41,439 nt of DNA. Origin: an uncultured bacterium (GTDB lineage Bacteria; Patescibacteriota; Patescibacteriia; JAXHNJ01). Of the stretch, positions 29,845-38,193 are shown piece after piece (the first letter of the stretch is position 1; every line of letters starts with the position of its first letter). A model generated the notes under the pieces. That model was given only the letters and a program-made list of their open reading frames with translations. It was not told the origin of the DNA and did no database searches. Made by a program: the position numbers and the translations under genes. The stretch covers positions 1 through 41,439 of the forward strand of contig CBDUSL010000002.1 in NCBI GenBank assembly GCA_965370265.1, in the 5' to 3' direction.

Positions 29845-30852
29845 ATGACCAAAAAAATAGCAATCAATGGCTTTGGCAGGATTGGCCGGACAACTTTCAA
29901 AATACTTTTTGAAAAAAAAGGAGTGGAGATAGTAGCGGTCAATGATTTAACTGATGTCAAAACTCTGGCTCATCTTTTAAAATATGATTCTACTTACGGC
30001 ATATATAATCATGAAGTGAATTATGACCATGAAAATATTATTATTGATAATAAAAAAGTAAAAGTATTATCAGAAAAAGATCCTGGTAAACTGCCTTGGC
30101 AGGGAATGGAGATTGAGGCTGTAATTGAATCAACCGGTTTATTTCAAGAATACGAAAAAGCCAAGATGCATTTGGAAGCCGGAGCAAAAAAAGTGGTTAT
30201 CTCTGCCCCTTCGCCTAGTGAAAATATAAAAACAATAGTTTTGGGCGTAAATGAAGATCAGTATGAAAAAGATAAAGATTTGATTATTTCAAACGCCTCT
30301 TGCACCACTAATTGTTTGGCCCCGGTTGTCAGTGTATTGCACAAAGCGTTAACTATTGAAAAAGGGTTAATGACTACTGTGCACAGTTATACCAATGATC
30401 AGAAACTTCATGACTTGCCTCATAAAGATTTGAGAAGAGCAAGAGCCGCCGCTGTTAATATTATCCCTACTACCACAGGGGCTGCTAAGACGGTGACTAA
30501 GGTTATTCCAGAACTAGAGGGCAAATTAGACGGAATGGCTTTTCGGGTCCCTACAGCGGTAGTTTCAATAGTAGATTTTGTGTGTAAAGTATCAAAGGAA
30601 ACAAATAAAGAAGAGGTTGATAAAATATTCATTGAAGCTTCAAAAGAAAAAAGATTAAAAGGCATACTGGGTGTTTCCAACGAAGAACTTGTTTCCATTG
30701 ATTATAAAGGCAACCCCTTTTCCGCAATTGTCGATCTGCCTTTAACTATAGTAACTGGAAATAATCTCATTAAAGTAGTGGCTTGGTATGATAATGAGTG
30801 GGGGTATGCGGCCCGTTTGGCAGAACTGACAGAATTAGTTTTAAAGAATTAA
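29845..30852 (+). CDS. gap: type I glyceraldehyde-3-phosphate dehydrogenase
   Basis: INGFGRIGR, active site SNASCTTNCLAP, ..WYDNEWGY.. Confidence 0.96.
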   Translation: MTKKIAINGFGRIGRTTFKILFEKKGVEIVAVNDLTDVKTLAHLLKYDSTYGIYNHEVNYDHENIIIDNKKVKVLSEKDPGKLPWQGMEIEAVIESTGLFQEYEKAKMHLEAGAKKVVISAPSPSENIKTIVLGVNEDQYEKDKDLIISNASCTTNCLAPVVSVLHKALTIEKGLMTTVHSYTNDQKLHDLPHKDLRRARAAAVNIIPTTTGAAKTVTKVIPELEGKLDGMAFRVPTAVVSIVDFVCKVSKETNKEEVDKIFIEASKEKRLKGILGVSNEELVSIDYKGNPFSAIVDLPLTIVTGNNLIKVVAWYDNEWGYAARLAELTELVLKN

Positions 30853-30887
30853 TAAAAATAAATATCGAAAGGAGGTGAATTACCTTG

Positions 30888-31064
30888 ATGAAATTTAACA
30901 ACAAAGTATTGGGAGAAAGTCTTTGGTGGTTTGGTATTGTTTGCGCTGTTTTTGGCGTTGTCACCGAAATTTCCGGACAACAAGTTTATCTTTCTTCTTA
31001 TTTTTATCTTGAAATGGCAGTGGTCGCCTTTTTAGCCGGAATTTATGTGGTTCATAAGAGATAA
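30888..31064 (+). CDS. small 2-TM membrane protein, 58 aa (below the ORF-track cutoff)
   Basis: GGAGGTGA lies 8 nt before ATG 30888. The product is MKFNNKVLGESLWWFGIVCAVFGVVTEISGQQVYLSSYFYLEMAVVAFLAGIYVVHKR, with TAA at 31062-31064. Confidence 0.5.
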   Translation: MKFNNKVLGESLWWFGIVCAVFGVVTEISGQQVYLSSYFYLEMAVVAFLAGIYVVHKR

Positions 31065-31137
31065 ATAAATAAAATGATTTTTTTCATTTTTTAGCTGCTT
31101 AGGTTCTTTTGATGTTTTTTTAAGTTAGCCACTGATA

Positions 31138-31165
31138 TTGACTTATTTTTTGTCTTCAGTAAGAT
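31138..31165 (+). promoter_or_regulatory. candidate promoter upstream of the tRNA-Glu leader
   Basis: TTGACT, 16 nt spacer, TAAGAT. Confidence 0.35.
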
Positions 31166-31210
31166 TCTATAAGTAAAGAAAAGACAGAAATTTTCCGTAT
31201 CTTTAGCAAT

Positions 31211-31256
31211 CGTCGCCCATCCCTTAGGATGTGATTCGGGGTCGGAGTTTCGGCGA
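31211..31256. repeat. GC-rich structured island upstream of tRNA-Glu
   Basis: TCGCC..GGCGA encloses CATCC-CTTA-GGATG and TTCGGGGTCGGAGTTTCGG (TCGG three times), followed by AATATTTTT. Confidence 0.3.
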
Positions 31257-31287
31257 ATATTTTTAAAGAGTTTATTGTAAATTATTT

Positions 31288-31365
31288 GCCGCCTTCGTCT
31301 AGCCCGGTCCAGGACGTATCCCTCTCACGGATGAAACACGGGTTCAAATCCCGTAGGCGGTACCA
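31288..31365 (+). tRNA. tRNA-Glu (anticodon CUC), CCA encoded
   Basis: GCCGCCT..GTCT-AGCCCGGTCCA-GGAC..TATCC-CTCTCAC-GGATG..ACGGG-TTCAAAT-CCCGT-AGGCGGT-ACCA. It closely parallels bacterial tRNA-Glu. Confidence 0.92.
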
Positions 31366-31403
31366 CGCCTTCGCCCTTCGACTTCGCTCAGGGCTACGGC
31401 GTG
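31364..31403. repeat. GC-rich repeat family copy C, abutting or overlapping the tRNA-Glu CCA end
   Basis: CACGCC-TTC-GCCC-TTCGACTTCGCTCA-GGGC-TAC-GGCGTG. It shares GCCTTCGCCC..TTCG with copy A, and TCGACTTCGCT (31378-31388) with 41194-41204. Confidence 0.5.
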
Positions 31404-31495
31404 CAAGCGTTTTAAAAGCATAAGATAAAAATTAATTTACCCCTAGCTTTAGCATAAAAGGGTGTGTGAACGTTAAATTAATAAATACCAAGTTC

Positions 31496-31524
31496 TTGTT
31501 TTACTGTTAGATTTAAAGTATAAT
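31496..31524 (+). promoter_or_regulatory. sigma70-type promoter upstream of 31552
   Basis: TTGTTT, 17 nt spacer, TATAAT (31519-31524). Confidence 0.5.
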
Positions 31525-31551
31525 ATATTTGTAATTAATTAATTGGAATAT

Positions 31552-32109
31552 ATGAAAAAATACATAATTTATGGCGGTATAATTGTGGTTGTAGTAGGAG
31601 GTTTTTTGTCAGTATTTTATTTTTACCCGGATCTTTTTAATTTTGGAGATGGGGATGAGGAAGCGATAAGCAGTAATGATAATGCAAACACAAATACGAC
31701 TAATATAAACACCAGCCCAAGTATTAATCTTAATCTAAGCGTAAGAACAGGTGAAACAGAAGTGAATAAATCAATTACTTATCAGGACATTATTTTTAAG
31801 GTAATGACCGCTGACAAAAAAGATAACTTTGAAAGTTTAACTGCAGAAGAAGACAAAACTTTTATAATTTTATATCTCGATAAAATTAACGAAAAAACAG
31901 CCCCTGAGATTTTGCCTGTGGTTAAAAACGATGTAAATCTTAAAAGTAATGAAAATGAGTATTCTGTTAAAACAATGAATATCGCCGGAGCTAACTCGGC
32001 TGATTATGCGACCAGTTATTTTATTTTTGAAGTGAATAAAGATGAGGGCGAATTTACCCTCAATTTTGGGGCAGGGGATAGTTTACAGACCATGGAGATA
32101 GGTTTATAA
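31552..32109 (+). CDS. membrane-anchored protein with N/T stalk and beta-rich head (DUF4352-like, tentative)
   Basis: ATG 31552. MKKYIIYGGIIVVVVGGFLSVFYF, stalk ..SSNDNANTNTTNINTSPSINLNLS.., head ..KTFIILYLDKINEK..YFIFEV.. Confidence 0.72.
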   Translation: MKKYIIYGGIIVVVVGGFLSVFYFYPDLFNFGDGDEEAISSNDNANTNTTNINTSPSINLNLSVRTGETEVNKSITYQDIIFKVMTADKKDNFESLTAEEDKTFIILYLDKINEKTAPEILPVVKNDVNLKSNENEYSVKTMNIAGANSADYATSYFIFEVNKDEGEFTLNFGAGDSLQTMEIGL

Positions 32110-32165
32110 TTAATTTTTATCAAAACTATCCTCTTAATAATGGATAGTTTTAATATTATTTGAAT

Positions 32166-33290
32166 ATGAAAATCGGGATTGTTACCCAGAGTTATTACCC
32201 AATTAAAGGTGGGGTGGCCGAGCACGTCGATGCTCTTTACTCGGAAATGGAAAAAAGAGGCCACGAGGTGGTTATTGTAACTGGTAATTTTACCGGCTTT
32301 GATGATAATTACGGCCGTAATGTTATAAGGATTGGGCGCGATCTGACTGTTCTTACTAACGGCGCTTTTAGTAATGTTACCGTTGGTCTCCAGTTTAAAG
32401 AACAGATAAGAAAAATTGAAGAAAAAGAAAAGTTTGATATTGTTCATATTCATCAGCCTATTGATCCGGTTTTACCCCTGTTTTGCACTAAATACTTTAA
32501 AGCCCCCAAGATTGGCACTTTTCATACTTACGCTGAGAGTAATTTTTGGCTTTCAAGTCTCAATAATAAAGCCATGGCCTATTTTAAAAGACTTGATGGC
32601 TTGATTGCCGTGTCTGAACCAGCTAAAGAATATATTACTCGTTTTTTTCCTGGCGAATACAAGGTGATTCCCAATGGTATAGACACAAAGCGCTTTTCTC
32701 CGGAAGTTAAACCTTTTGAAGAATATGAAAACAGCAAAGACTTTAACATTCTTTTCCTGGGTCGGATGGATCCGAGAAAAGGTTTTAAGTATATGCTTCG
32801 GGCCTTTCCCTTGATTTATCAAAAGTTAACAGACGTCCGTTTGATAGTAGTCGGTAATGGGATTTTGAGGCACTGGTATAATTTGTCTCTTCCCTCAATA
32901 TTGCGTTCCCGGGTAGATTATAGGGGTTTTGTTCCTCATGACCATGTCCCTAGCTATTATGCCGCTTGCGATGTTTTTTGCTCACCGGCGACTATGGGTG
33001 AGAGTTTTGGTATTGTTCTTCTGGAGGCTATGTCGTCTGGAAAAGCAGTTGTTGCTTCTGATATCACCGGTTATAATTCAATAGTAGAGAACAATAAAGA
33101 AGGTATTCTGGTTAAGAAAAAAGATCCTTTAGCCATTGCCGAGGCAATAATAAGTTTAGCTAAGGATAAAAAAAAGAGAGAAAAAATGGGCCAGCTCGGC
33201 CGTGAAAAAGCCCTTAATTTTGACTGGCATAAAGTTGCTGACGAAATAGAAGAGTATTATTTTGAAGTAATAAAAAAGAAAAAAAGTTGA
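32166..33290 (+). CDS. GT-B glycosyltransferase, family 4 (PimA-like)
   Basis: MKIGIVTQSYYPIKGGVAEHV.., ..FLGRMDPRKGF.., ..GESFGIVLLEAMSSGKAVVASD.. (E-x7-E region). Confidence 0.9.
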   Translation: MKIGIVTQSYYPIKGGVAEHVDALYSEMEKRGHEVVIVTGNFTGFDDNYGRNVIRIGRDLTVLTNGAFSNVTVGLQFKEQIRKIEEKEKFDIVHIHQPIDPVLPLFCTKYFKAPKIGTFHTYAESNFWLSSLNNKAMAYFKRLDGLIAVSEPAKEYITRFFPGEYKVIPNGIDTKRFSPEVKPFEEYENSKDFNILFLGRMDPRKGFKYMLRAFPLIYQKLTDVRLIVVGNGILRHWYNLSLPSILRSRVDYRGFVPHDHVPSYYAACDVFCSPATMGESFGIVLLEAMSSGKAVVASDITGYNSIVENNKEGILVKKKDPLAIAEAIISLAKDKKKREKMGQLGREKALNFDWHKVADEIEEYYFEVIKKKKS

Positions 33291-35173
33291 TGATAAATAG
33301 TAAAAAGATAATTAAGTATTTTATTTGGGGCATTACTTCTGTATTGCTCCTTTTTGGAGTGGCCGTTATTTTTATAACTCTTGTTTTAGAGCCCAACCCG
33401 AACTTAGCTCTGGAAAAATCAGGAGAAAGAACGAAAGTAAATTCGGCAATTACAATTAATTTTCTTTGGCCGGTTGACCGTGAAGCAGAAATTGAAATTT
33501 TTCCGGAAGTTTTTGGTTCTATTACTTATGAAAACAAAGTAATTAAGGACCACCTGGTCCGGACTATCAAGTTTACTCCCGAACTTAACTGGTGGCCGAA
33601 TACCCAATACACTCTTACTCTTTCTAATGTAAAAAGCGCTTTGCCTACTTTAAACAAAGCCAAAACATATTCCTTTACATTTTTAACGGAAAAGAGCCCG
33701 GAAGTTGCCTCTATTTCCCCTGATAGCGAAGAGGAAATTCTGGCTGATACATTTTTTGTGATTAATTTAGATAAAGCAAATAACAATCTTTCAAAGTATA
33801 GTTTTTCTCTTTCTCCGGCTATAGATTTTGTTACCCAGCTTAGTGAGGACAAAAAATCCTATACACTTATTCCAGATAAATCTCTTTCTCAAGGATCAGA
33901 GTATGATTTAAAGGTGATTAAAAAAGACATTCGTCTCTATTTCGGATCAGACGAAGTGGCTTTTCAAGATTCAGAAGAAAAAACATGGCAGAAAAAATTT
34001 ACAGTTAGAAAAGCCCCTTATATTGATTCGTTTTCACCGGAAGGAATAAATGTTGAGTTAACAGAAAAAATTAAGATTATTTTTAGCGAAGAGATTAAAA
34101 CAAATTCTTTTTTAGAAAAAATAACTATTAATCCGGATATCACCGGCCAATGGCAAGCAGAAGATAGTAAGACTTATATTTTTACACCAGAACAGGAAAT
34201 GACAAAAGATACTTCTTATACGGTTAGTCTTACAGAGGGAGTAAAAAGTTTAGCTGGAGGATATTTCGAAGAAGCGGCTACTTACAGTTTTTCCACCAAA
34301 GGACCGGTTAAAATGGTCAGTTCTTCTCCTTTAGCCGGAGATACGGGAATAAGTATTGATAGCCCAATTAGAATTGACTTTAATGGTACTGTCGATCATG
34401 CGTCAGCGGAAAGTAAGTTTTCTATTTCCCCTTCAAAAGAAGGCAATTTTTCCTGGGAAGGAAATACTTTAATTTTTAGGCCTTCTACCCCCTTCGACTT
34501 TAATCAAACATATACGGTTAGCCTGGAACCGGGAATAAGCTGCCCGAATAGGTATTCTTCAGAATGTGAGTATTCTTTCAGTTTTTCTACCGAACTTTCT
34601 GTAACCAGGCTAAATGTAACTTTTCATCGCCAGGAACATAGTCTTTCTTGTGAAGTGGCCACTCTGGTTATGGCCCTGTCTTATCGAGGGTTGAATATTT
34701 CAGAAGCGGAATTAATTAATTTTATCGGCTTTGATCCTACCCCTAAGGCAAACGGAGTGTGGGGAAACCCTCACATTGCCTTCGTCGGCGATATAGACGG
34801 CCACCAGCCTTCAACCGGCTATGGGGTTTATTGGCAGCCGATTGCCTCGGCTGGCAATCAGTACCGGCCAACCGGCTGGTTTACGGATGGTAATCTAGAA
34901 ATGATTACCGGCGAAATTAAAAAAGGCAACCCGGTTATTATCTGGGGAACGGCTGGTACGGGTCGAAGAATAGACTGGCTTACCGCCGAAGGCGGCAATG
35001 TAGTAGCGATTACTGGTGAGCATACTATGATTGTAACCGGTTTTATGGGTTCGGCTTCAAATCCCACTAAAATAATTGTTCTGGATCCTCTTTTTGGCGA
35101 AAAAAGTTTTACCCAGAATTCATTTTTATGGAACTGGGGGCTTTTGAATAGAAGCGGAGTAATAGTAGAGTAG
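33290..35173 (+). CDS. membrane-anchored protein: repeated SbsA/Big_5-like Ig domains plus C-terminal C39-like (papain-fold) peptidase domain
   Basis: ATG 33290 overlaps the GT4 stop (TGATG). Repeats of the type SP..G......I.I.FS..I. The C-terminus reads ..FHRQEHSLSCEVATLVMALSYRG..GVWGNP..GEHTMIVTG.. Confidence 0.82.
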   Translation: MINSKKIIKYFIWGITSVLLLFGVAVIFITLVLEPNPNLALEKSGERTKVNSAITINFLWPVDREAEIEIFPEVFGSITYENKVIKDHLVRTIKFTPELNWWPNTQYTLTLSNVKSALPTLNKAKTYSFTFLTEKSPEVASISPDSEEEILADTFFVINLDKANNNLSKYSFSLSPAIDFVTQLSEDKKSYTLIPDKSLSQGSEYDLKVIKKDIRLYFGSDEVAFQDSEEKTWQKKFTVRKAPYIDSFSPEGINVELTEKIKIIFSEEIKTNSFLEKITINPDITGQWQAEDSKTYIFTPEQEMTKDTSYTVSLTEGVKSLAGGYFEEAATYSFSTKGPVKMVSSSPLAGDTGISIDSPIRIDFNGTVDHASAESKFSISPSKEGNFSWEGNTLIFRPSTPFDFNQTYTVSLEPGISCPNRYSSECEYSFSFSTELSVTRLNVTFHRQEHSLSCEVATLVMALSYRGLNISEAELINFIGFDPTPKANGVWGNPHIAFVGDIDGHQPSTGYGVYWQPIASAGNQYRPTGWFTDGNLEMITGEIKKGNPVIIWGTAGTGRRIDWLTAEGGNVVAITGEHTMIVTGFMGSASNPTKIIVLDPLFGEKSFTQNSFLWNWGLLNRSGVIVE

Positions 35174-35175
35174 GC

Positions 35176-35204
35176 TTGACAAAAGCAGAAATTTAGGATA
35201 ACCT
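35176..35204 (+). promoter_or_regulatory. candidate promoter (GGCTTGACAAA context as in repeat copies A and B)
   Basis: TTGACA, 17 nt spacer, TAACCT. The ATG at 35214 lies about 10 nt after the -10 and has no SD. Confidence 0.35.
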
Positions 35205-35213
35205 CCCAAAGTT

Positions 35214-35981
35214 ATGAGAAGAAAAACAATTACTATATTAATAATAATCATTATCGGTTGCGGACTTTGGTTTAGCCGTCACCGGATTTTGACTGTCTGG
35301 GATTCCTGGATTGCTGAGCCTATTCCTGATGTTACGACTAAGGATGAAATAATAAAAAACGAAAATATAAATGAAAATACTAATACGGTTGTAATAGAGG
35401 AGCCGGTTATTCTGCCCGAAGAATTTAATTTGGCTGTTCCCTTTACTACTCAGTCACCTTTTGCCGAGTGGACAGAGCAGGATAATGAGTCCTGTGAAGA
35501 AGCAGCCATTTTAATTGCCCATTACTATTATCAGGATAAGACTTTTACAAAAGAGACAGCCAAACAAGAACTGCAAACCATTGTTGATTTTGAAATGGAT
35601 TATTTTGGCTTCTATAAAGATACAACGGCCGAAGAAACAGCGGAATTGGCCCGAGAAATATGGGGCTACGAAAAAGTAGAAGTAATCTATGATTTTACCA
35701 TGGAAGACATCAAGACCCATATATACCAGGGTCGACCCGTAATTTTGCCTACCGCTGGAAGAATGTTGGCCAATCCAAATTTCCGGGCGCCGGGACCTCT
35801 TTACCATATGCTGGTGGTAAAAGGCTGGAACACAGAAAATATTATTACTAATGATCCAGGCACCCGAAAAGGAGAAAATTATCAGTATTCACCTGATGTT
35901 TTGTTTGAAGCTATTCATGACTGGAATGACGGAGATCCGGCCAACGGGCAGAAAGCAATTATCGTAATTTATCCGAATTAA
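35214..35981 (+). CDS. membrane-anchored C39-like (Peptidase_C39_2 / YvpB-like) domain protein
   Basis: TM helix plus ..NENINENTNTVV.. stalk, then ..PFTTQSPFAEWTEQDNESCEEAAILIAHYY.., ..HMLVVKGW..NDPG.. Confidence 0.78.
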   Translation: MRRKTITILIIIIIGCGLWFSRHRILTVWDSWIAEPIPDVTTKDEIIKNENINENTNTVVIEEPVILPEEFNLAVPFTTQSPFAEWTEQDNESCEEAAILIAHYYYQDKTFTKETAKQELQTIVDFEMDYFGFYKDTTAEETAELAREIWGYEKVEVIYDFTMEDIKTHIYQGRPVILPTAGRMLANPNFRAPGPLYHMLVVKGWNTENIITNDPGTRKGENYQYSPDVLFEAIHDWNDGDPANGQKAIIVIYPN

Positions 35982-36032
35982 CAAAAAGAAAACCAATTAT
36001 TAAACCTATTTTAAGAGAGTATGGGATTATAT

Positions 36033-36060
36033 TTGACCCCTGTTTTTTTTGTGCTATAAT
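36033..36060 (+). promoter_or_regulatory. heat-shock operon promoter
   Basis: TTGACC (36033-36038), 16 nt spacer, extended -10 TGcTATAAT (36052-36060). Confidence 0.65.
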
Positions 36061-36063
36061 GAA

Positions 36064-36090
36064 TTAGCACTCTAATGGTGAGAGTGCTAA
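36064..36090 (+). promoter_or_regulatory. CIRCE operator (HrcA binding site)
   Basis: Perfect TTAGCACTC-N9-GAGTGCTAA starting 4 nt after the -10. Confidence 0.92.
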
Positions 36091-36155
36091 TTAAAAGAAT
36101 ATAATTATCATAGTTATTGGTGAAACACCCCTTAAAAACCCATAACAAGGCCAAA

Positions 36156-36863
36156 ATGCTTAATAAACGGCAAAAAAACCTATTTAGCGTGATTGTGCAG
36201 GAACATGTAAAAAACGCCCATCCTGTGGGTTCAGGCATGGTTGTGGAAAAGTATTTAAAAGATGTTTCTCCGGCGACTGTAAGGAATGAAATGAAGGTTT
36301 TGGAACACGAGGGTTATATTTTCCAACCCCACACTTCCGCCGGCCGTATTCCCACCGAAAAGGGCTGGCGCTATTATCTTGATAATTTTATCTCCGAAAA
36401 AAAATTAAGCCGGAAAGAAATAGAGGAACTGGAAAACGCTTTTAAAACTCAAAGCCAGGACAAAGAAATAAGAATAAAGAATCTAGCCAAGAAAATGGCC
36501 GACCTTTCCAGGGAAACAATTATTGTTGGTTTTAGCCCGGAACATATTTATTATACTGGCCTTTCCAATTTATTTCGTCAGCCGGAATTTGAGAAACATG
36601 ATTTGATTTGTAATATTTCCGAGATAATTGATCATTTAGATGAAGTTATTTTAAGTCTTTTTGAAAAAGTGAAAGTAGAAGAAACAAAAATTATAATTGG
36701 CGAGGAATCACCTTTTGGCCAAGTCTGCGGGGCGATCGTTTCCAAATATAAGGACAGCCAGGGAAAAGAAGGAATTTTTACCCTTTTAGGCCCCAAAAGA
36801 ATGGCGTACGAAAATAATTTAGCGTTGCTAAAATATTCTCATTCATTATTAAGAAGTATATAA
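36156..36863 (+). CDS. hrcA: heat-inducible transcription repressor HrcA (short, 235 aa)
   Basis: ATG 36156. MLNKRQKNLFSVIVQEHVKNAHPVGSGMVVEKY..SPATVRNEMKVLEHEGYIFQPHTSAGRIPT.. and ..LLGPKRMAYE.. The CIRCE element lies upstream. Confidence 0.88.
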   Translation: MLNKRQKNLFSVIVQEHVKNAHPVGSGMVVEKYLKDVSPATVRNEMKVLEHEGYIFQPHTSAGRIPTEKGWRYYLDNFISEKKLSRKEIEELENAFKTQSQDKEIRIKNLAKKMADLSRETIIVGFSPEHIYYTGLSNLFRQPEFEKHDLICNISEIIDHLDEVILSLFEKVKVEETKIIIGEESPFGQVCGAIVSKYKDSQGKEGIFTLLGPKRMAYENNLALLKYSHSLLRSI

Positions 36864-36866
36864 AAG

Positions 36867-37364
36867 ATGACTCATAAAAAAACAAATCATACTCAGCACG
36901 ATGAAGTTGAAAAGAAAGAATCCTTGGACTTTTGGAAGAAAAAAGCGGAAGATCATTTACATGGTTGGAAGAGGGCCAAGGCAGATTATATTAATTTAAA
37001 AAAAGAAACCGAAAAGCAAAGAGATGAATTAGTTAAATTTTCCAACGCCGCTCTCATTATTGAAATCTTGCCTATTTATGATCACTTGAAAATGGCCTTT
37101 GATCACTTGCCGAAGGACTTGGAAGACAATGAATGGGTCAAAGGAATTGAAGGCATCAAAAAACAAACCCAAAATTTTCTGGAAGCAGTCGGGATTAAGG
37201 AAGTTGAAACAACTGGTAAAAAGTTTAACCCCGAGTTTCACGAAGCCGTTGCTCATGAGAAAAAACAAGGTTTCAAAACTGATATAATTTTCGCCGAAAC
37301 CAAACCGGGATATACCTTACATGAAAAAGTCCTGTATCCAGCAAAAGTGAAAGTAGCGAAATAA
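36867..37364 (+). CDS. grpE: nucleotide exchange factor GrpE
   Basis: ..LHGWKRAKADYINLKKETEKQ.. and ..FNPEFHEAVAHE..GYTLHEKVLYPAKVKV matches GrpE. Confidence 0.93.
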   Translation: MTHKKTNHTQHDEVEKKESLDFWKKKAEDHLHGWKRAKADYINLKKETEKQRDELVKFSNAALIIEILPIYDHLKMAFDHLPKDLEDNEWVKGIEGIKKQTQNFLEAVGIKEVETTGKKFNPEFHEAVAHEKKQGFKTDIIFAETKPGYTLHEKVLYPAKVKVAK

Positions 37365-37395
37365 TTGATAAATAACTAATAAGAAAAATAAACCT

Positions 37396-37809
37396 ATGGC
37401 AATTATTAAATACAGTCCATTTTTACCGGAATTTGATGAGGAGTTTTTTAACCTCCCCTCTGAAATGTCTAAATTCACTCCAGCCGTAGATATTTATGAA
37501 GATAAAAATAATCTTATTGTTGAAGCTCCGTTAGCCGGTATAAATCCGGAAAAAGTAAATATAGAAATTGAAGATAACCTTCTGAAAATTTCCGGCCAGC
37601 AAGAGAAAAAAACAGAAGTTGATGAAAAGGAGTATTATCGGAAAGAAATTCGTTCAGGATCTTTTTACCGGGCTATAGCTCTGCCTAAGGCGGTAGATGG
37701 TGACAAAGCAAAGGCTGAGTTTAAAGATGGTATTCTTAAAGTTATAGTTCCTAAAAAAGAAGAGGCTAGACCTAAAAAAATTACAATTAAGGTCGAAAAA
37801 GGCGAATAA
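37396..37809 (+). CDS. Hsp20/alpha-crystallin family small heat-shock protein
   Basis: ..FTPAVDIYEDKNNLIVEAPLAGINPEKVNIEIEDNLLKISG..RSGSFYRAIALP..A.FKDGILKVIVPK. Confidence 0.93.
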   Translation: MAIIKYSPFLPEFDEEFFNLPSEMSKFTPAVDIYEDKNNLIVEAPLAGINPEKVNIEIEDNLLKISGQQEKKTEVDEKEYYRKEIRSGSFYRAIALPKAVDGDKAKAEFKDGILKVIVPKKEEARPKKITIKVEKGE

Positions 37810-37845
37810 AAAAAAGAAGCGGCTTGCAATATTGCTTACCGCTTC
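37808..37845 (-). terminator. intrinsic terminator for the minus-strand 70-aa ORF (its hairpin may also end the hsp20 transcript)
   Basis: GAAGCGG..CCGCTTC (37816-37845), with A8 on the + strand, which reads as T8 after the hairpin on the - strand. A second hairpin GTCGAG-CTAAA-CTCGAC lies at 37850-37866. Confidence 0.55.
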
Positions 37846-37865
37846 GCTTGTCGAGCTAAACTCGA

Positions 37866-38078
37866 CTAGTTGGAACTGAGATTCCTGGGGTATGGTCCGG
37901 GTAAACGCCGGAGATTAGCGGTTACGGAGATTTCTCCCCGACCACAGCTGTCCTGAGGATGAAAGGAAATCTTTCCGTCAGAGACCCTGTCCAAAATTAA
38001 TGGACCATTCTTTTCTCCCTTCGGAGAAATATGCCAGAATCTTGTTCCGCCTCCCCAATTGACTGGACTTAATTTCAT
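37866..38078 (-). CDS. orphan small protein, 70 aa
   Basis: AAAGGAG lies 7 nt before the ATG, and the ORF has its own near-consensus promoter and terminator. It is locally GC-rich relative to its neighbours. MKLSPVNWGGGTRFWHISPKGEKNGPLILDRVSDGKISFHPQDSCGRGEISV.. No family recognised. Confidence 0.55.
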   Translation of the reverse strand: MKLSPVNWGGGTRFWHISPKGEKNGPLILDRVSDGKISFHPQDSCGRGEISVTANLRRLPGPYPRNLSSN

Positions 38079-38127
38079 CGCTTCGCTCCTTTGTCCAGTA
38101 AATGCAGAGAAGAGAAAGAGCTAAAAA

Positions 38128-38156
38128 ATATTATCATATAAATTAATATTTGTCAA
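38128..38156 (-). promoter_or_regulatory. near-consensus sigma70-type promoter (minus strand), -35 fused to repeat copy B
   Basis: Minus strand: TTGACA (38156-38151), 17 nt spacer, TAATAT (38133-38128). Confidence 0.6.
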
Positions 38157-38193
38157 GCCTTCGCTCCTCAACTTTGCTCGGAGCTTCGGCTTG
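38154..38193. repeat. GC-rich hairpin repeat, copy B
   Basis: CAAGCC-TTC-GCTCC-(12 nt loop)-GGAGC-TTC-GGCTTG. Both 14-nt arms are identical to copy A (9889-9902 and 9909-9922). Confidence 0.65.

Noticed and set aside
790-36155. Upstream alternative starts given by the ORF track: 790, 2017, 3217, 13923, 19440, 31543, 32160, 33287 and 36117.
   Set aside because: - Most are TTG/GTG codons, or ATGs lying inside the preceding gene or upstream of the conserved N-terminus.
- The downstream ATGs (808, 2035, 3235, 13941, 19467, 31552, 32166, 33290, 36156) fit the homologous N-termini and the stop/start overlaps better.
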